A stretch of DNA of 63,821 bases, counting the filler, from Kipferlia bialata (taxonomy: Eukaryota), in assembly GCA_003568945.1 (NCBI GenBank). It is 8 parts of 7 records of this genome, joined end to end, with 100 filler letters (N's around TTAATTAATTAA, not from the genome) between each part and the next. Parts side by side here need not be neighbours in the genome. Positions count along the whole stretch, not along the records: positions 23,385 to 33,425 come from BDIP01001507.1; positions 33,526 to 43,559 come from BDIP01001508.1; 6 more parts are not named here. One strand, written 5' to 3'. Every line of letters begins with the position of its first letter. Positions within the stretch are counted from its first letter, which is position 1. Made by a program: the position numbers and the translations under genes. Of this stretch, positions 23,488-36,034 are shown piece by piece. Under the pieces are notes generated by a model. The model saw only the letters and a list, made by a program, of their open reading frames with translations. It did no database searches and had not been told where the DNA came from.

Positions 23488-26400
23488 GCTCTGACTCCAC
23501 TGGGTATGTATATAGATACATATAGATATAGATATAGATATATAGAGAGAGTGTTCTGTATAGTATTCATCCCCTCACCTCCAGGCTCTGACTCCACTGG
23601 GGAGGGAGAGATCCAGTCACACATCAGGTATGGAGAGATGCATTTGGATATATACCATGTATGTATGTACCTCTACAGTATTTATGGTGGTCAAAATAGT
23701 TTCATCTAGCTCTGTGCAGGCTGTCGGGAGCCCTTGTCTCTAAGGCATTCTCTCTCTCTCTCTCTCTATACTAATGCTATATATATATCTTACTCTAGCT
23801 CGGTGCAGGCTGCCTGGGCCCTAGTGTCCAAGGCACTCAGGGAGGGATACAACTACACAATGGGTACGGAAACCAACATAATATATATGTATACTTATTG
23901 GAGTTATGGTACAGTTTCGGTTACACTCGCTTCGTAACACATGATAATGCTTACCCCCCAGCCGATAACTCGTCCACTGCCATCGCCAATGTCCTCGAGG
24001 CATGCACCAACCAGTCAGTGTGCCCAGAGGTATATAGAGACATATATATATAGTATATGTATATAAATATATGATATATATTGTGACAGTGTATAGATAG
24101 ATATACATGTATGTGCTCGAGGCATGCACCAACCAGTCAGTCTGCCCAGAGGTATGGGATATGTATATGTTTATATATGTGTGTGTATATATTTATGTGT
24201 CTACAGGCTTTGATAATTCCCCCCTCACCCCCAGGTCTCTCTGTCCTCGCTCTATCTCTCTTGTCACCCATGTATATCCTAGTACAGTGATCCTACTATA
24301 CTCCCTGCAACTATACTGTGTATCTCACCCCCAGGTCTCTCTGTCCTCCCTCTATGTCTTCTGCGATGTCATCCAGAAGGTGCACGGACTGTTCCTAGGC
24401 TCAGGTACAGTTATGCATACAGTGTGTATATATAGTATGGATAGTAGTGTACTAGCTGTATATGATTGTGTGATGTCATCCAGAAGGTGCACGGCCTGTT
24501 CCTGGGGTCAGGTAGGAAATAGTCACATAGCTACAGTATATATATAGTGCATAGAGTATGTATTGGCATATATCATACGGAAGACTGTTCCTGGGATCGT
24601 GTTTGTGTTATGGAGTGTTCTGTCTTATAGATATGCATCTAACCCACCAGCCCCCAACAACTACTCCTATGACGTTGCCTCTGTCAGACCCCACTTTGAG
24701 CAGTACCTCCTGCCCCTGCAGAGTGCACTGGCATCTATGCTCTGTGACCCAAGGTACTTAGTACACCTATAGTATAGTATATATATGTAGTATAGACTAT
24801 ATGATAGTATACTAGTACCTGCTGCCCCTGCAGAGTGCTCTGGCCTCAATGCTCTGTGACCCAAGGTATACAGTGTATATAGGATAGTATATACACTATA
24901 CTATACTATTATAGTATACTAGTACCTCCTGCCCTTACAGAGTGCTCTGGCATCTATGCTGTGCGACCCTAGGTAGATATATGTATAGTTCTCATAGTAT
25001 AGTAGATACTAATATGGTATAGGATATTAGTTGTATATTTGTAGTATACTAGAACGTCATATCCCTGCAGAGTGCTCTGGCCTCGATGCTGTGCGATCCT
25101 AGGTGTACTATAGAGTGTGTGTATATTGATATCGACATTGTATGGATGGATATAGAATATACAGCCTGAATGCCATGCATCCTAGGTAAACACATACATT
25201 ATGTATGTGTATATATAGTATAGTGTATAATATATTGGTATTGTTTATGTACATGCCTCACCCCAGGACCCAGATCTCCGTGGCCACCACTGATGTGTTC
25301 AACGGTGTATATATATACTATAGTATATATACATAGTATATATATGAATGGACTTGACTCACTTCAGGACGCAGATCTCTGTGGCCACCACCGATGTGTT
25401 CAACGGTGTATATATATACTATAGTATGTATACATAGTATATATATGAATGGACTTGACTCACCCCAGGACCCAGATCTCCGTGGCCACCACTGATGTGT
25501 TCAACGGAGTGCTAGAGTATGTCCTCCTACCCGTCCAGAGAGAGAGAGAGAGAGAGAGGAAGGGCAAGGGACACACCCAGCCAGAGGCACAGGACATGAG
25601 TGGGCTGGCATGGCTGTACAAGGTATATCAGTAGGATGGATATCTAGTGTATTGATCGGTATATATATTTATGTATAAATATATATATATATGTGTGTGT
25701 GTGTGTATGTATATATATAGCCAGAGGCACAGGACATGAGTGGGCTCGCATGGCTCTACAAGGTGGGTGTGTCAATATAGAGATTTATATGTATACTAGT
25801 GTATACACCATAAGATACGTCACATGAGTGGGCTGGCATGGCTCTACAAGGTGGGTAGAGTAGTTACTACTCTTTGAAGCCCTAGAGTAGTATCTTCATT
25901 TACAATTGTATATGTAATTATACATACCCCCTTACCCCCAGGCCGTCCTCAAGCATATAAGTATTATTAGTATTATACATATTAGTAAACATATGTCACA
26001 CTAATTATTCTTATATGCTACATGTTATAACTCTAACACTTAGGCTGTTCTGAAGCACGTCATCTGCCCCCTGTTCACCTTCCCTCTGTTCAGTGCATCC
26101 ATATTTACATATGTCTCTATGTATATATGCATTTATGTATAATCCTACCCTACTAACATCAGGCCGTGCTGAAGCACGTCATCTGCCCCCTCTTCACCTT
26201 CCCCCTGTTCAGTGCATCCATCCACACCACATCCAAGACACTGCTGTCTCTGGGTAGCGTTATCAACAAGGTACAGATATGGAGTACATAACACGTATAT
26301 CTGTATAGAAACACTAGGGCTCCCCCCACTTTCACCCGTGCATGTGGCAGCGTATAGTGTATAGAGTATATACGTGTGTATACTATGTATATGTATATTA

Positions 26401-26497
26401 TTGTGTTATACTAACTCCAGGGCGCCCCCCACTTTGACTCGTGCATGTGGCAGTGCGTGTCTGACATGCTGTGTGACATGTTCAACGACAACGGAGG

Positions 26498-26534
<37 letters not shown>

Positions 26535-26573
26535 ACCCTTATTATCAGCCATGGCCAACATCCTGTGGACTGT

Positions 26574-26608
<35 letters not shown>

Positions 26609-29600
26609 ACCCTTATTTTCAGCCATGGCCAACATCCTGCTGACTGTGGACAAGCCCTTTGACAGTGAGAGGGACAGGGAGAGATCACTCCACGAGGGAG
26701 AGGTATGAATTGATACACTATTTCATCCTTGTCAGTCTTTCCGATGTATATATATAGATAGATGGATATAGATTGATATAAATAGATTGATAGGTCTCTA
26801 CACGAGGGAGACGTATATGTATTCATGCATCCATAGTGAATATTTAGTCTTTATATGGTGAATTAATGGTGCATATAAATTTTGAATTCCACTGACCCCC
26901 AGACCGAGAGGGAGAGGCTCGAGAGGGAGAGAGAGAGAGAGACCAGTGCCGTTGTGAGTGAGTGGCCCAAGATTAGGAGCCAGTGCTACCTGCAGCTGCT
27001 ACTGATTAAGGTATGTATATATACATATGATGATGTATATGTATATATAGATGTATAGATGTATATGCATACACACAGTATGTCAAGATCTGGCTAACCG
27101 CAATTGCTCCTCACATAGGTACATTCCTATATATTTTATTTTCACCCTTACATGAGTGTACACTTCCCATACAAGTGTATACTTATGAGTATACTCACCC
27201 CCTAGGTCACTGGCTCCATTGTGACCAGGTCCCACAGACACTCATATATATCTGTGTATATGTTTATATATATATATATATATATATATGACTCTCTATG
27301 TATACTAATCATAGGTCACTGGCTCCATTGTGACCAGATCCCACAGACACCTCCCCAGGGTGGTGCTGGACCAGTGCCTAGGTATGCATTGGACATATAC
27401 ATACATACATATATGTATGTGTGTGTATTTGAAAATTTATATATGTGTGTGTATGTGTCCCTGACCCCAGAGTCCATTGTCTCAGCCGCCAGATACGCCG
27501 CTGAGTTCAACGTGTCACTGGGATACAGACAGGTATGGATATACATCAATTACATATAGATAATATATAGATATATGAATATCGAGATATATATAGATAT
27601 GGGTCTGCAAAAATAGTGCTCTCCACATAAATATAGACATACCTCTCACTGTCCACTCCATGCTGGCCTCTGCATCACGTTCTCTCTCTCTCTCTCTCTC
27701 TCTGTATACAGAGTGATACTCCATATGCATACCTCTCACTGTTAGGAGGTCCACTCCATGCTGGCCTATGGTGGTGTTGCTGACCTCTCCCCCGAGCTGC
27801 CATCCCTCACCAAGCAGGAGACAGGGGGATACAGGTATGACATACTGTATACTATGTACATACATGTATATACATGTGTATATATATGTATATGTACATA
27901 TGGGTATATATCCCCCGAGCTGCCATCTCTTACTAAGCAGGAGACAGGGGGGTACAGGTATGGTACTACTATGTGTATGTGTGTCTGCTATATATACACT
28001 GCTCACACTTAGAGTGCTCCTCAAGTGCTGCGAGACCCTCCTCCTAGATGCAGATGAGGCCACCCGCTCCCACATAGTGCACGACTACCTGTTCCCAGTC
28101 TGTCAGGAAGTACTGGCAGTCTATCTCAAGCATGTGGCTGTGTACAGGTTAGTTATAATATATATATATATATGGATATATACATATGTGTATATGTATA
28201 TACCTGTTCCCAGTCTGCCAGGAGGTGCTGGCAGTCTATCTGAAGCATGTCGCTGTCTATAGGTACATACACTGCATATATTTGTATATAAATATATATA
28301 TATGTATGTATGTATATACCTGTTCCCAGTCTGTCAGGAGGTGCTGGCAGTCTATCTGAAGCACGTGGCTGTGTACAGGTTAGTTGTTCTATACACACAT
28401 CTTTATATATGTGGATATGTATATACTATACAAATGTATATATAAATATTTGTATATATATGTATATAAGAGAGAGAGAGAGATGTCGCAGTGTACAAGT
28501 GAGTGATGAAGATATGTCTCTCTGCTTATGTATATATATATATACATCCTGTCTATAATACTCACCTTCTAGAGAGCTCCGTGTGCGTGACTCCACTACC
28601 TATGAGACCGAGTCCTCCCCAGCTGTACAGTCCACAACCATGAACGCTAGCCCATTCAAGGTATGTGTACACACACATATATNNNNNNACAACCATGAAC
28701 GCTAGCCCATTCAAGGTATGTGTACACACACATATATATATATATATGTATCCATGATAGTAATACTACAGTATTGCTGTCCAGCCCACAACAACCATGA
28801 ACGCTAGCCCATTCAAGGTATAGTGTGTGTGTATATATATATGTATATATATATATATATATTCATATCTATATGATAGTAATACTACAGTATCGCTGTG
28901 CAGTCCACAACAACCATGAACGCTAGCCCATTCAAGGTACCTTGGTATCATATACTGTAGCCGTAGCGATTCTAGCTTTGTTACATTTGCTGTCAAGGAG
29001 ATTATACATATTTGTGTTCATATTCTCATCCCAGGTTCCCTTCGCCGTCAAGGATCTCTCTCTCTCTATATATATATATATGTATATATGTACATATTAA
29101 TACTCATCCCAGGTCCCCTTTGCCGTCAAGGAGAAGAACCTCAAGACACTCAAGATAGAGCTCGACGCCACAGGTATATATCTATACACGTATGTGTATA
29201 TGTATCATACCATACTCATAGTGTCAGTATTCTGCATCACAATCATCTATGTATTCCTCACCCCAGGCGACATTGTGTCAGATGCCCTGCGTCTCCTTGT
29301 CCTGCCCTGCCTCTCCCCCTACCTCTCTGCCCTAGACACAGAGACACAGGGCCAGGATGTCCTATCCGCTCTGTACATGTCTGTCCTGTCCCTGGTGTCT
29401 GTGGATGATATGCAGCTGAGGGTGCTGGGAGGAGAGGCTATGAAGAGGTATATGCATGTACATAGTAGTGTATATTATGGTGTCAATATGTACCCCATCT
29501 ACTGTTTGTTCTAGCCCCCTTAGGTCCTGGTCCATCCGGTCTGCCTCCATGCCCTCTATATATGTATATATATGTGTATACATTGCTACTACATATGTGT

Positions 29601-30623
29601 ATATATGCTTAGTATCTCTCTATTATCCTCTAACTCCCCAGGTTCTGGTCCATCCGGTCTGCCTCCATGCCCGTGTCCATATCCACACCTGTACCTACAG
29701 AGACAGAGACAGAGACAGAGACAGAGACAGAGACAGAGACAGAGACAGTAGAGGCTGTTGTAGAGCCAGAGGCCGAGGAGGTAGTAGAGGCTGAGGCTGA
29801 GGAGGAGGTAGTAGAGCCTGTTGTAGATGAGGAGGTTGAGGTACAGCCAGAGGCCGAGGTTGTCGAGGAGGTGGTTGCCGAGACTGTAGAGACTGTTGAG
29901 ACTGTAGCAGAGGAGGAGGAGGAGCCTGAGGTGGAGGCAGAGACCCCCGCCCCTATCGAGATAGAGGGAGAGGCAGAGGCAGATGCTGTTGATGCCGACA
30001 CCTGGCAGCCCAGTACCCCTGTGGAGGCCGAGCCCGAGGACGGTGTCGCCCAGGAGGCACTGCCACCCCCTCACCCATACATCCCTGAGGAGGAGGAGGA
30101 GGCTGAGGTAGAGGAGGTAGAGACTGTGGAGACAGTTCCAGAGCCCGAGACTCCTGTAGAGACTGTTGTTGAGGAGGCTGAGGCTGAGGTCCCCGCTATC
30201 TCTGAGCCAGAGGCTCTTCCAGAGACTGAGGTTGCTGTAGAGGCAGAGGTTGCTGTAGAGGCTGTTATGGAGCAGGAGGAGGTTGTAGTTGCTGAGGTTG
30301 CTGAGACTGAGGTGGTTGCTGAGGTGACCCCCCTCCCCGAGACAGAGACTGTGGTGGAGACAGAGACCACTGCTGATGTTGTTGCCGAGGCTGAGGCTGA
30401 GGTCCCCCAGGTAGAGGAGGAGGAGGAGGTTGCTGAGGTCGCTGAGGTTGCAGCTGAGCCCGAGGCTACTCCTGCTGAGGTCGAGGAGACAGCAGAGGCA
30501 GAGGCAGAGGCTGTCCCTGAGGTCGAGGAGACCAAGCCAGCCACCCAGAACAAGCCCAAGAACAAGGGAAAGAACAAGGGTAAGGGAAAGGGGAAGGGGA
30601 AGGGCGGAAAGAGGAGACGGTAA
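23488..30623 (+). CDS. BIG/Sec7-family large ARF-GEF, C-terminal (HDS) half, 5' truncated, with an acidic C-terminal extension
   Basis: Spliced peptides match recalled BIG/Sec7 HDS motifs in order: AAWALVSKAL; NVLEACTNQSVCPEVSLSSL; YLLPLQSALASMLCDPRTQI (cf. WFPLL..L..DPR.EIR); VLKHVICPLF; SQCYLQLLLIK; AAEFNVSLGYR; LPSLTKQETGGY. TAA at 30621-30623. Confidence 0.7.
29690..30620 (+). repeat. Low-complexity coding region: (TE)n, Glu/Val/Ala repeats and a basic KNKG/KGKG tail
   Basis: ORF 29667-30623 translation. Confidence 0.85.
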
Positions 30624-31207
30624 AGGTGTGACTGACTCAGTATCTGAGTGCCAAGTGAGGTTTCCGTTTTGTGTCATATATCCCCTTTGGACGACTGTTA
30701 TGTTGTCGCCAGTGTTGAGAATATTAGTAATTGTGAATAGATAGTTCATTCATTCCAGTGGTATGTGTTTTGAAGAGTTTACACTGAAGACCATTTCTAT
30801 TGAATCCCACTCTAAGAGACTTTGCTTGCAGTCAACCAGAATAGACTCATTCTGGTTGACTGCAAGATGGTCATAGACTCTATGACCATCCCCCCTGATT
30901 CAGAGTGCTCGCGTCTATGTGGAATAATAGTGCAGTGAAAGAGTAGGTGGTGCTCTCTAAAGAATGGCGCTATGAGAGAGGGCATCCGACCCCTGGTGTA
31001 TATAGAGGATACCACCGAGAGAGGATAGTGGATGGTGTCTTTGAAAGATGTATAACCAAATATATATATATATATATATATAACCAAAAATTCTTTCGGT
31101 GTACTGTAGAGGCAAGATGTGAGAGCTCACTGTATACTTTGTGAGAATATTGTGACAAGATCTCGAGATGACCGCTAAAGGTACTCAGTGAACAGAGAGG
31201 CTTTCTT

Positions 31208-32245
31208 ATGGAGGCTCCACTGTCAGTATCAGACTATCGGTCCATACCCCACTCCTCAGTAAGCGTTCCTCGGCTCTACACACTGTCTGTCCATATGTCA
31301 GGCCATTCGTCACTATTTGTAGAGCACTCTACACACCGTAATCGCATCCCTGTCGAGACAGATGTAATGAGTGTTCCACAAACACATAACTCTGTAGCAG
31401 TGTGTAACGTTATGTCTAGAGACATGCGTATATATACACTGACTGAGACGGGGACTCTCCGCCGATCTTCCTCAATCGATCTCAGTCCAACCTACTGGCT
31501 CGGTACTCCTACGGTATGTACGTGCGGTGCTCTACATGCCATATGTGCAACATGGGTTAGTCGGTTGAAACTAGACTCTGGACAGACCGAGTTTCAGTTT
31601 CTTGAACGCTCAAGACTCGTGACACTAATAGTGGAGCAAGGCGAACACAGTCGTAGTGTGTTTGTTATGGAAGGCTCACTGTACCTTGTTATTGGCACAG
31701 CGGGGACAGCAAATACATCACTCTCAGGTGTAACCCTACGTATTGAGGCTGAGACAGGGCAAGCTGGGTTTAGTATGAGAGAGTTCCCATGGGACTCTAT
31801 AGGGTCAGGTGCCCCACCACTGCAGTTCACACGGACACCGCTTCCAGTTGTCAATGGTAGAGCATACGCAGTGACTAGGGAGAGACAGCTGGTGTCCTAC
31901 GACTACAGAGACGGATGGGCAGACGAAGGAGCCCAACTCCCTCCCTGGCGAGAAGGACACTACCCCGTGGCCTACAACTACATTGGTCGATACATACTAG
32001 TGACCAACTACTCCACAGACCGAGAAGACAAGAGATTCTACTGGACAGCATATGACACTATCTCTGGAGAGTTATGGAGACTGCAAGTCCAGGACTTTGG
32101 AGTAGAAGGTGGTATGTTATACCCGGCACTGGCAGTGCTATCACCCCCTGACCACCTGCACTACATAGACCCTGCACTGGTATTCCCACACCCTGACATG
32201 AGGTGGGGTATCATACCGCCTGGGGCTGTGTACGTTCCTAAGTGA
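31208..32245 (+). CDS. Intronless 345-aa hypothetical beta-propeller-like protein (expanded family)
   Basis: Long ORF; shares LPVVNGRAYA and FVEH..HN with its neighbour, and YDTISGE / IDP motifs with the other family members. Confidence 0.7.
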   Translation: MEAPLSVSDYRSIPHSSVSVPRLYTLSVHMSGHSSLFVEHSTHRNRIPVETDVMSVPQTHNSVAVCNVMSRDMRIYTLTETGTLRRSSSIDLSPTYWLGTPTVCTCGALHAICATWVSRLKLDSGQTEFQFLERSRLVTLIVEQGEHSRSVFVMEGSLYLVIGTAGTANTSLSGVTLRIEAETGQAGFSMREFPWDSIGSGAPPLQFTRTPLPVVNGRAYAVTRERQLVSYDYRDGWADEGAQLPPWREGHYPVAYNYIGRYILVTNYSTDREDKRFYWTAYDTISGELWRLQVQDFGVEGGMLYPALAVLSPPDHLHYIDPALVFPHPDMRWGIIPPGAVYVPK

Positions 32246-32822
32246 ACAGTTCTGCTGTATTGGAACCACTGCAATGAATACATTGGACTGCAGTGAATAT
32301 ATTGAACAGGAAGTGAGTCGATGGGAGTGCTGTTTCACAGAGACTCCCAGTCTCTGAGTATTCGCCGGCAATATTTGAGAAGGGTCCAATTTGTAGATAT
32401 ATATATGGAATACTGTACTCGTCGTCGTCTCTAGGGTCTGAGTCAGTACGTTACAGTGACGGTCACTAGCACTTGGTAACATATCATTGATTTCCTTCTT
32501 TCGCTCTCTCTCACTTACCCTACAGTGTCACCAGGTTGGGAACTCTACTAACTCACAATAGACACCAATAGATGGTGTCCCCTACAATTTGCAGCACTCG
32601 ACTAAAAGCTGTATCATAATTGGGTAAAGATGGCCTCCATACTTGGACACTGTCCAATGCATGTATCAAGATGCCATCTCCTACTACCATACCAACAAAT
32701 TGTAGGCTAGATTGAGAACAACACCTGACTGTCTACTGTCTCACTGCCCACCAGTCAGAGATACTGGTACTACCTATCCATCCTCGACACCAATTTACCA
32801 TTTGCAGTCCAGACACCTTCCG

Positions 32823-33425
32823 ATGTCTGACCCCAATCCACCCTTCGTAGAGCACTGTAGAGCGAGCATGCGTTTTCCCCACCGTGCAGCAGTGGGTGCG
32901 GGTCACAATACCCTAGCCTTCCATGACTGGGGTACTACTCCCAGTGGGAGTCTCCCACATTGATGGGCTTGTGTGATGATACATGTGTTGAGAGATGGGA
33001 CTCTGTCAAGCTTCCACAGACAATCAGCTGTCGGAATCTCTGTTATGCAGTGTCTAGGGGTACCATGTATATATTCAACGATATAGGTGGGGGGCTTGTG
33101 CTTTCCGTCCCACTGGATACAACGACAACGACCATTCCGTTCATTGATCTGTCAAGAACTCACAGAGGGGCAACTATGGTTCTCGGCTACTTTGCTCCAG
33201 GCGGAGTGGTGTATTCGGTGCTCAAGTGTAGGAAACCAATGAAGAATTCTCTTGTGGAGAACCATTGTATAACTCTCATGTACGACCCATCAGATAACGA
33301 ACCGAGATGGGTCTTGTTAGACGTGGAGACACCTGACCTCATGAGATATGATGCGGAAATACCTGTCATAGGGGGAAGAGCGTATGCGTTGGCACGTGGA
33401 GGGATGGTGTCTTTCCACCCGTCTG
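32823..33425 (+). pseudogene. Tandem paralog of 31208-32245 with an apparent frameshift near 32955; 3' truncated
   Basis: MSDPNPPFVEH..GHNTLAF in one frame ends at 32963; IPVIGGRAYAL..MVSF continues in the frame of ORF 32960. Confidence 0.5.
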
Positions 33426-33525
33426 NNNNNNNNNNNNNNNNNNNNNNNNNNNNNNNNNNNNNNNNNNNNTTAATTAATTAANNNNNNNNNNNNNNNNNNN
33501 NNNNNNNNNNNNNNNNNNNNNNNNN
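33426..33525. other. Artificial scaffold spacer
   Basis: N-TTAATTAATTAA-N. Confidence 0.97.
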
Positions 33526-33565
<40 letters not shown>

Positions 33566-33599
33566 GAGAGATAGAGAGAGGGCCCCACTCCTAACTCAC

Positions 33600-34022
33600 C
33601 TTGAACTTGACCAGGAAGCGCCCAGTTCCGTCATGGGCCCTGATGGGGAGGTCTGTGATGCTGTCCTGGGGTAAGAAGTGAACAGATGGCATAGTGAAGA
33701 CCTACGAAGCGAGGCCTCCTCTAGCTCTCCCACTCATACAGAACAGGTCCCACCCACAACCAAAAATGCATATGAAGGATAAAAGAAGGAGAGCAGTTGG
33801 ATTCATACCTCTCCGACACTTGTGATGCTCACAATGTGTCCATACTTCTCACTGTATGCATTCCCGAAGTCATTCTCCAGCCTCTCGAGAATCTTCTCAT
33901 TCAGCTTGGGTGTGAACTCGCTGGGGGGCACTGTGACCAACTGGTTCAAGGAGAACTGCGGGGTTAGAAGGGTATTTGACGCTTCTAGCAGTCAATACGC
34001 ATCTTCACACCTCAAAGAACAT
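33600..34022 (-). CDS. RPB7: RNA polymerase II subunit RPB7 (Rpb7/Rpc25 family), first three exons, 3' truncated
   Basis: Spliced MFFE|FSLNQLVTVPPSEFTPKLNEKILERLENDFGNAYSEKYGHIVSITSVGE|DSITDLPIRAHDGTGRFLVKFK fits the Rpb7 N-terminus (MFF...P..F.P.L...KYG.I). Confidence 0.7.
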
Positions 34023-34465
34023 CTCTCAGCACTCAGTCGACTCTCAGGCCTCTGAGACTGCTACAATGATACCAATGGAGGAAGCTGTGGGTGGGGTCTG
34101 GCAAACTAGACTCGGAGAGGCCAACATCAGACTCTCTGTTTTTGTGTCAGTTCAAGGGTCTAGTACATTGAGCCGGGTAACTGAGCACTCTCTCTCTGAG
34201 TTCACAGATATGCCATGCATTCTTTCTCTTGTGGATGCCTCCGGAGGGTGGTGCGGACAAGACTGTGCTGTACCTGTTCCTGTCTAGCTGTTTCTTCCAA
34301 TAGGGGTGCAGAGAACTATAGACCACCTAACCTACACGATATAACCACACACTGGCCTCAGCTGAAGCAGTATCTGCCATCACTGGATATATTCTTTATT
34401 AGATGGCCTGTGGGTCTCCATTGACTGCCAAAGATACTCCATATGACAAAGAGCCCTCTCCCCAC

Positions 34466-36034
34466 TTATCCCTTGCTGATCACCATAATGACAATGATGA
34501 GACCAGTGAGGCCGGCCAGGATATAGGTCCAGTTCTGGAGGCACTTGGCGCGCTTCTGGTACTCTTCGGACTGGTGTTGACAAATGTAGGGATGTGACGC
34601 TGTAAAGAGAGTATACATAGTTGTGTATACCTTTGTGAGGTCTGTGACTCCAGCCTCGACATCGTCCAGGGCCACAGTCATGTTGTAGTCAATGCGGTCC
34701 AGAAGGGTGCCCTGGGGTCAGAGGGGGGGATCGACTGAAGAAGAACAGTCTCAAATACTATACCGTCTATCAATTCTACTATATTAGGCTATCCTGTTAT
34801 TCTGTACTATACCTGGTCCACCACGAGCATTGACATGTCCTTGGCCATCTGACCCAGGTCACTGATGCTGCGCACCACATTCATCACGTCCTGCTGCACG
34901 TCCTGTCTGTGAGACACAAATACATACACACATAAGTACAGTACATATGTACATAATAGAAGAAACAGGTGTTATATCAGAATGGAGACCCAAAGAGATA
35001 CAGAATGTACTGACCTCGACTCTGGTGTGCTCTGCACTCAGGACCTGGGCCAGACGGGACTCCCTGGGGTGAACAAACACTCATATACACAACAAAATAT
35101 GCAGACAGCTTAATTATCAATAGAGGTATAAATGTACAGGTATAAAAGAATCCACATCTGCCCACCTGTACTGTGTCTCCTCATCCTGTAGGGACGAGTC
35201 TGCACGCACCACTCCTGAGGTGAGGTATAGTGATGTGAAGAGTATTCCCATGGAGTATGACACGAGAAGTTAGAGAGCGATTAGCATAGATCATATACAG
35301 CTCTACCATATACATATGCATATATAGATAGATAGATTCTGTCCTCACCTGACCGCTGCCTGAGGTCCCTGAGGAACACTGCCTGGTCCTGTCTGAAGGC
35401 AGTGCTGAGGTTGCTGATCTGGCTGCTCAGGGTCTTGACCACACTCCTGGGGTAAGGAGAGAGAGAGCGAGAGAGGGAGAGAGGGAGAGATAGATGGAGA
35501 GAGAGAGACTATACAACCATCAGACGTACCCCTTGACCACAGCTGCCTCTCCCCTGGCTGGTATCCGAGACATGCGGCTCACCTTGCCAGTGGCCTCCCT
35601 GGATGGTTAGGGAGCAGAGAGAGAGAGAGAAGAACAACATACCGTGAATAGAAAGAGACGCACCTAAACAGCCGGGTGATCTTCTGGGTCAGGACATCCA
35701 GACGGACATCTAGCTGGTCATCCAGGATGTTTCTCTGTCTGGGGTGAGTGCGGTGACATACCGTATATGTGTATGGATATCGGTATGGTACTCCACTGCT
35801 ATACCTATCAGCCCTTCCCTGCTGCACAGCAGTCATGTTACGCTCCACCTCTGTCAGATCCGCCTTGACGCTGTTGGCCAGCTGGAGCCACTCGGGCTGC
35901 TCACTGATGGAGTTCTCATCGGCCAGGAGCAGAGACTCGGTGTCGTCCATTCCGTCATCCCTGGCCCCAAGCTCGGCCTTGTGATCCGCCCGGAGGCGGC
36001 GGAACTCACTGGAGAGGTCAAAGGAGACAGACAT
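34466..36034 (-). CDS. STX16: Syntaxin-16/Tlg2 (Qa-SNARE)
   Basis: N-peptide MSVSFDLSSEFRRLR, PEW motif, SNARE motif VVRSISDLGQMAKDMSMLVVDQ|GTLLDRIDYNM, C-terminal TM ILAGLTGLIIVIMVI. Confidence 0.88.

Noticed and set aside
24700..25200. Repeat-spacer-like arrays resembling CRISPR
   Set aside because: The repeats are exon fragments with splice sites, the spacers are low-complexity intron sequence, there are no cas genes and the context is eukaryotic.
24816..25410. Echoes as ordinary mutually exclusive or tandem cassette exons
   Set aside because: The copies are partial and out of phase (e.g. 38-nt units), so inclusion would frameshift and substitution would delete coding sequence.
28634..28745. 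Identical duplicate on both sides of a 6-N gap
   Set aside because: Looks like an unmerged contig overlap, so this copy was not counted as an echo.
16289..28996. Many short YIYI/SLSL/ERER ORFs
   Set aside because: Translations of TA/GA microsatellites in introns.
29589..30749. Long antisense Leu/Ser-rich ORFs (also opposite Nup98/96 and the receptor)
   Set aside because: Shadow frames of low-complexity or GC-rich coding sequence.
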